Shown: positions 59,780-64,000 of the stretch, piece by piece
Layout of the letters: each line of letters starts with the position of its first letter
Position numbering within the stretch: position 1 is the stretch's first letter
Assembly (NCBI GenBank): GCA_002189035.1
Contig: NEEC01000010.1
Coordinates: forward strand, 3,472,001 to 3,536,000
Length of the DNA stretch: 64,000 nucleotides
Source: Utricularia gibba
Taxonomy: Eukaryota; Plantae; Magnoliophyta
Reading direction: 5' to 3'
Notes under the pieces: generated by a model
Told to the model about the DNA's origin: nothing
The model's database searches: none
The model's input: only the letters and a program-made list of their open reading frames with translations
Made by a program: the position numbers and the translations under genes

Positions 59780-60562
59780 CTATGGGTTTCTGATAACGCT
59801 TCCTTTGAAAACGTAAACTATGTCACCGGTTTTAACCCCGTGCCAACGAAGGCTGTGATGCTCCCTCATAATTCTCTGTTTATGAACAAATATGTAGTCA
59901 TCTGCAGGCAGCATTCTCCTGTCAACCACCATCTCTCTCATCTGCTCCACCATCGTCGTCTCCATAATCTCCAAATCGATCCTCCTGCCGTTCAACACAC
60001 TCAACGAGGTCTGCAACACTACACATACCAGAGTCTTCATAAACACGTATATTTCCGACATTTCTCTCACGCCATACTCGTGTAAACTTCTCGTATCATC
60101 TTCCAATTCTACGGCTCCCCTGTCCAACAGCACTAGTGTCACTCTCCCAATGGGGGTGCCATCGATGATGTGGATTTTCTCCTTGAGGCTTCGGACTGTG
60201 TCCGAAATGTCGACCTCTAAGTCGATTCTCCGGGAGGGGAATCTGACATTTATCTTTAATTTGATGGGTAGGTAATGGATCGCCGGCATTGGTGGTCCGT
60301 TGTAAACAAGGACCATTCTCATGCCATCAGTGATTGCCGGATAGTCGGCCAAATCTAGACCATCAAGAAGCTCGCACCCATAGACACTAAGCAGTTGGCA
60401 ATCAACCGGAATTCCCACGATGCGTTGGATCCTTCTCTTGATCTCAGTGATGGCTTCTTTGCTACCCACATCAATCGGGAACTCGAACTTCTCCATTACC
60501 ACAGTAATCTTCATGATTCTCGCAATGTTTTTTTTAGGCAAACGGTCACGACGATAAGACAT
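59780..60562 (-). CDS. Divergent tri-ubiquitin-like domain protein, intronless, no di-Gly ends
   Basis: 260-aa ORF with three Ubl-like repeats (MKITV..ITEIKRRIQRIVGIPVDCQLL; DTVRSLKEKIHIIDGTP..SLHEYGV; QRIMREHHSLRWHGVKTGDIVYVF). Confidence 0.8.
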   Translation of the reverse strand: MSYRRDRLPKKNIARIMKITVVMEKFEFPIDVGSKEAITEIKRRIQRIVGIPVDCQLLSVYGCELLDGLDLADYPAITDGMRMVLVYNGPPMPAIHYLPIKLKINVRFPSRRIDLEVDISDTVRSLKEKIHIIDGTPIGRVTLVLLDRGAVELEDDTRSLHEYGVREMSEIYVFMKTLVCVVLQTSLSVLNGRRIDLEIMETTMVEQMREMVVDRRMLPADDYIFVHKQRIMREHHSLRWHGVKTGDIVYVFKGSVIRNP

Positions 60563-60756
60563 TTAAGGGGGGAATCATATAAAACAAATGACGGAAAATG
60601 CAACCCGTTTGTTGCATTCATTGCACTGGAGGAGCAGAGCAAAGGCATGACTTTTTATCATGCTAATTATCCTTGCTAATCTCAGAATCCCAACACTGAC
60701 AGGTTTAGGCTACCAATTACGGCAAATGGGATTGTTCATTCATTAAGCCTGGGCAA

Positions 60757-62076
60757 TAGAGATGTTCAAAATATCCACCCAGACCCGGTTTGGATCGGTT
60801 CTGACCGGTTCTGGGTGTGGGTCGGTTTTGGATCCATTAAATGAAGAGTCGGTCGGTTCTGGGTCGGTTTTGGATCTACTGGAAAATATCCAGACCCGAC
60901 CCAAAACCGATAATATTTTTTCACTAAGAATGTTGGATCATGGGTTGTAAATAATTATTTATTTACTCATCATGTTTTCATCATATTATTTATTAACATT
61001 TATTATTATTATTACTTAAATAATTAAATGACAATGGGGCTCATATTTGTGGAAATAAGTGGGGGCTTTGCAGCGATGAAGATAGCCATGTAGATTTGGG
61101 TTTGTGGATTTGAGTAGTCTTTTGATTTTTCTTGTTGCCTGGAATTTGGTTGCAGACTCGCAAACATCCTCCCGAAGCACCCATATGAGGGAAGTGGATG
61201 TATGAAAAACTGTCTCAAATACTTCTTTCCAGACATCCAAATAAGAGACGTGGGTGCCTTGAAATCACTCTTCCCAGATACCCACACATTGCATTTTTTT
61301 GTAGGTGCCATCCAACTCTTATTTCAAACACCCTCCCGAGTCACTCACATGAGGGAAGAGGGTATCTAAAAAACTGTCTCAAATATTCCTTCCCAAACAC
61401 CCATATAAGAGATGTGGGTGCCTGGAAATCACTCTTCTCAAACACCCACACGAGGCAATGCACCCGTCTGGAAAATGGTTTAAGAGACAAACGAATATTC
61501 TTTATTTATTGAAATTATTTTGTAGTATTTAAGATATATAATTTCATTTTCAAATTTTTATATTCCAATTAATGCACCCAAAAATTTTTATATTTCTGAA
61601 AATTAATAATACTTTCAAAAATTGCACAATTCCCAATTTTTGGGTACGGGTGCCTAATTTTGCATTTATGGTTCTAGTCGCCCACATTAGCGATTCTGGG
61701 AGTATTAAAATTAATTACAGAAAACGTTTGTTTTCAATGTGAATTTTCAAAACATGTGTGTTCAAATGTACGAAATAACCCTACTTTTGTATCAAAATTA
61801 AACGTAACCCTTTTAATTTGTGTGAACATTTTTCCTAGTATTTATCAGTTTTTTGAGACTTTTAATACATTGTTTTTATATTATTTGAAAACTTTCAAAT
61901 TCAATGTTTTTAATAAAAATCGGAACCAGTAAGGATCAAGAACCGACCCAAAACCATGGTTCTGGGTCTATCGGTTCTTAATGGGGTCTGGGTCGATTCC
62001 AGGTATTTATCTTTATAGTTGGGTCGGTTCTGGGTTGGCATAGAACTGACCCAGAACCGACCCATGAACAACTGTA
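60757..62076. mobile_element. Non-autonomous hAT-superfamily DNA transposon (1320 bp)
   Basis: Exact 8-bp TSD CTGGGCAA at 60749-60756 and 62077-62084. Imperfect 13-bp TIRs (TAGAGATGTTCAA vs TACAGTTGTTCAT, 10/13). Many subterminal GGGTCGGTT/AACCGACCC repeats at both ends, AT-rich interior, no transposase ORF. Confidence 0.85.
61161..61451. repeat. Dispersed direct duplication of about 127 bp (period 164) inside the hAT element
   Basis: 61161-61287 vs 61325-61451 share e.g. ATGAGGGAAG, AAAAACTGTCTCAAATA, TGGGTGCCT.GAAATCACTCTTC. Roughly 80-85% identity by eye. Confidence 0.85.
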
Positions 62077-62320
62077 CTGGGCAATGACCACAAGAAATGG
62101 CCTGTCTTTTAATCAGTATGATATGCTAGAGTTTGGAAAACTGGCAAAACATATGTAAACACATGAAGTAGCCCCTTCGAACTTGGTTTCTGAGAGTAGC
62201 AGCGGCAAATCTGGTTCATGGAATTAGAAGCTTAGTATCCGTCGACGAAAGCACTCATAACTCTGTTTGCAAACAATAGCAAAAGAGGAATCTGGCAATT
62301 TAATAATTAGGCAACCTTGA

Positions 62321-63947
62321 CTAGACCACGCATCCAAAGAATTGTTCCAAACTATTGGAGGTGAAGACATTAGAAGGGGGACGTTCAAGCTTGGCCGATG
62401 AGATGTGAAGCTGATATTTGATGAACCTCTGCAAAACAAGGAAGTTTGGTTCACGCAAAAATTGTATTCACAATTATAATACTGAGATATCTATGCACAA
62501 GTAGTTCATTTCTCCTTCAACTTAATCCATACGGATATACAAATATCTTCGTTGTACATGCAAGTTCTTTTACGTACGGATAACTGTGTAACAATTTCAG
62601 GGTTCGAGTCTATATGCCAATCTGGTTCAAGTTGCCTCACAAAAGATGTACGCCCATTCTCTGTGCTGCAGAAGAGAACCTGCACAAAAAATTGAGTGCA
62701 AAACATAACAGCTAAATTGATACTTCCACCAGCAACCTAGATATACAAAATAAAGGGTTTTGGAAAGTTTCTACTAAACAGAAAGAATATCATTATGATA
62801 ACCATGCAGTCACTAGAATCACCGTCAACAAGGGCAAAATAGCAACACACAATGTACTAGTCCTGTTATTTTTGAAAAACCATTTTTCGAAAAATATAAT
62901 AGTAAAATAAAAGTAAAAACTTTGCAGAAATAATTCTAAATTTCTATATTTTTCAAGATAAAAATTAGTTATATTTGATAATAAAACTATGTTTAAGATG
63001 CTTTTCTAAAAGCAAAAGCTATTCCAATCAAGTACTAATTTATTCGTCTATCTTTTGACAAGGACTTATCATGTACGTACTACGTGAGTGTTCTGGAGAT
63101 TGTCAGGAGCATGTTTTTGTTTTTGTGCAAAAATAGAAACAAAAATTTCGGTGTTACTCGTGGTTTTGGATTTACTAGTGTAAAAATAATAAATAGAAAC
63201 AAGGAACAAAAGCACAATATGTAACCGAAGTGCTCCATGAATAAATATAAACACGGATTAGAGAATACACACTAAATCCGGCAGCAAATAGCACGATGGA
63301 AGATCATAGATCACCATTCACCTTATCCTTAACCAGGCCTCCAGATGTAAAGAGCCCTGCATCTTCCAAAGCTGTAAGAACTTTTTTCTACACATTACAG
63401 CAATTATAAAGTGTAAATAAAACTGCAGGAGAGCTCTGGCGATAGCCAGCTAACAGTTGTAGGAATTGATACTCTGGCGATAAGCAAGAACAAATGATAT
63501 AGTTGCCACAAGATTAGAAATTAAACTGGACAGCAAGATTACCCTATAATAACATTATCCTTCTTTCATATAAATTTTTACAACAAATGGAACAAGAAAT
63601 ATAACCCTACAGTAGCCACTTCATGCTGCGTAACTACGGAAAAAACTTGTTGACAAAAAATGAAGCCATAAAAGCCAGGTTATGTACCCTCAACTTAAGT
63701 CATTACAGAAGTTACGATGTATAAAAATCAAGAGAAGACGATTGCATAACAAGTTGTTCTTCCTAGGATTACTCTTAAGTCACAAGGTTCAAAAATGACA
63801 TATACGCAGGAAAAAAAAAAATACATGAGAATTAGAGCACTATACCTCACTTTCATCATCTAGCACCCTTTCCATCAAATAAAAATCACATAATTTTGTG
63901 ATCTCAAGCAGCACTTCCAGAACACATGGCCTTACAGTCGCCTGCTT
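62321..63947 (-). CDS. PEX22: Peroxin 22, 3' four exons (gene starts beyond window end)
   Basis: KQATVRPCVLEVLLEITKLCDFYLMERVLDDESE|KKVLTALEDAGLFTSGGLVKDK|VLFCSTENGRTSFVRQLEPDWHIDSNPEIVTQLS|RFIKYQLHI...LEQFFGCVV*. Confidence 0.93.
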
Positions 63948-64000
63948 CTGGAAAAGGAAATGTCACACGAATCAATTTTCTTTTTTTAATCTGATTGACC

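Overview
Very compact eudicot nuclear DNA with about 25 spliced or intronless protein-coding loci in 64 kb (about one per 2.6 kb). Most introns are 70-150 nt and several intergenic gaps are only 140-300 bp, consistent with a miniature-genome plant such as Lentibulariaceae (inference only). Gene order: SYF2 (3' end), V-ATPase B, GGPPS small subunit II, DUF630/632 protein, DAZ1/2-type C2H2 zinc finger, PIX13-like RLCK, NOC4, RING E3, FASS/TON2, XRN4, B4 Raf-like kinase, pectate lyase, ORRM2, small unknown protein, ILR3-type bHLH, DUF1995 protein, small unknown protein, TORTIFOLIA1-like, PAP18, eIF1/SUI1, GLK, FLOE1, unknown membrane protein, tri-ubiquitin-like protein, a 1.3-kb non-autonomous hAT element with a perfect 8-bp TSD, and PEX22 (3' part). 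Manual splicing reveals several lesions: a 13-nt microhomology-type deletion that breaks the Raf kinase APE motif, a nonsense-truncated TOR1 paralog, a 2-nt frameshift in SSU-II, two -1 homopolymer frameshifts in FLOE1 (probably assembly errors), an eroded third zinc finger in the DAZ-like factor, and an N-terminally shortened GLK. There are also four GC-AG introns and an MSA motif cluster. No rRNA, tRNA or CRISPR was found. Gene identities come from remembered protein motifs, not database searches, and exon boundaries were read by eye.
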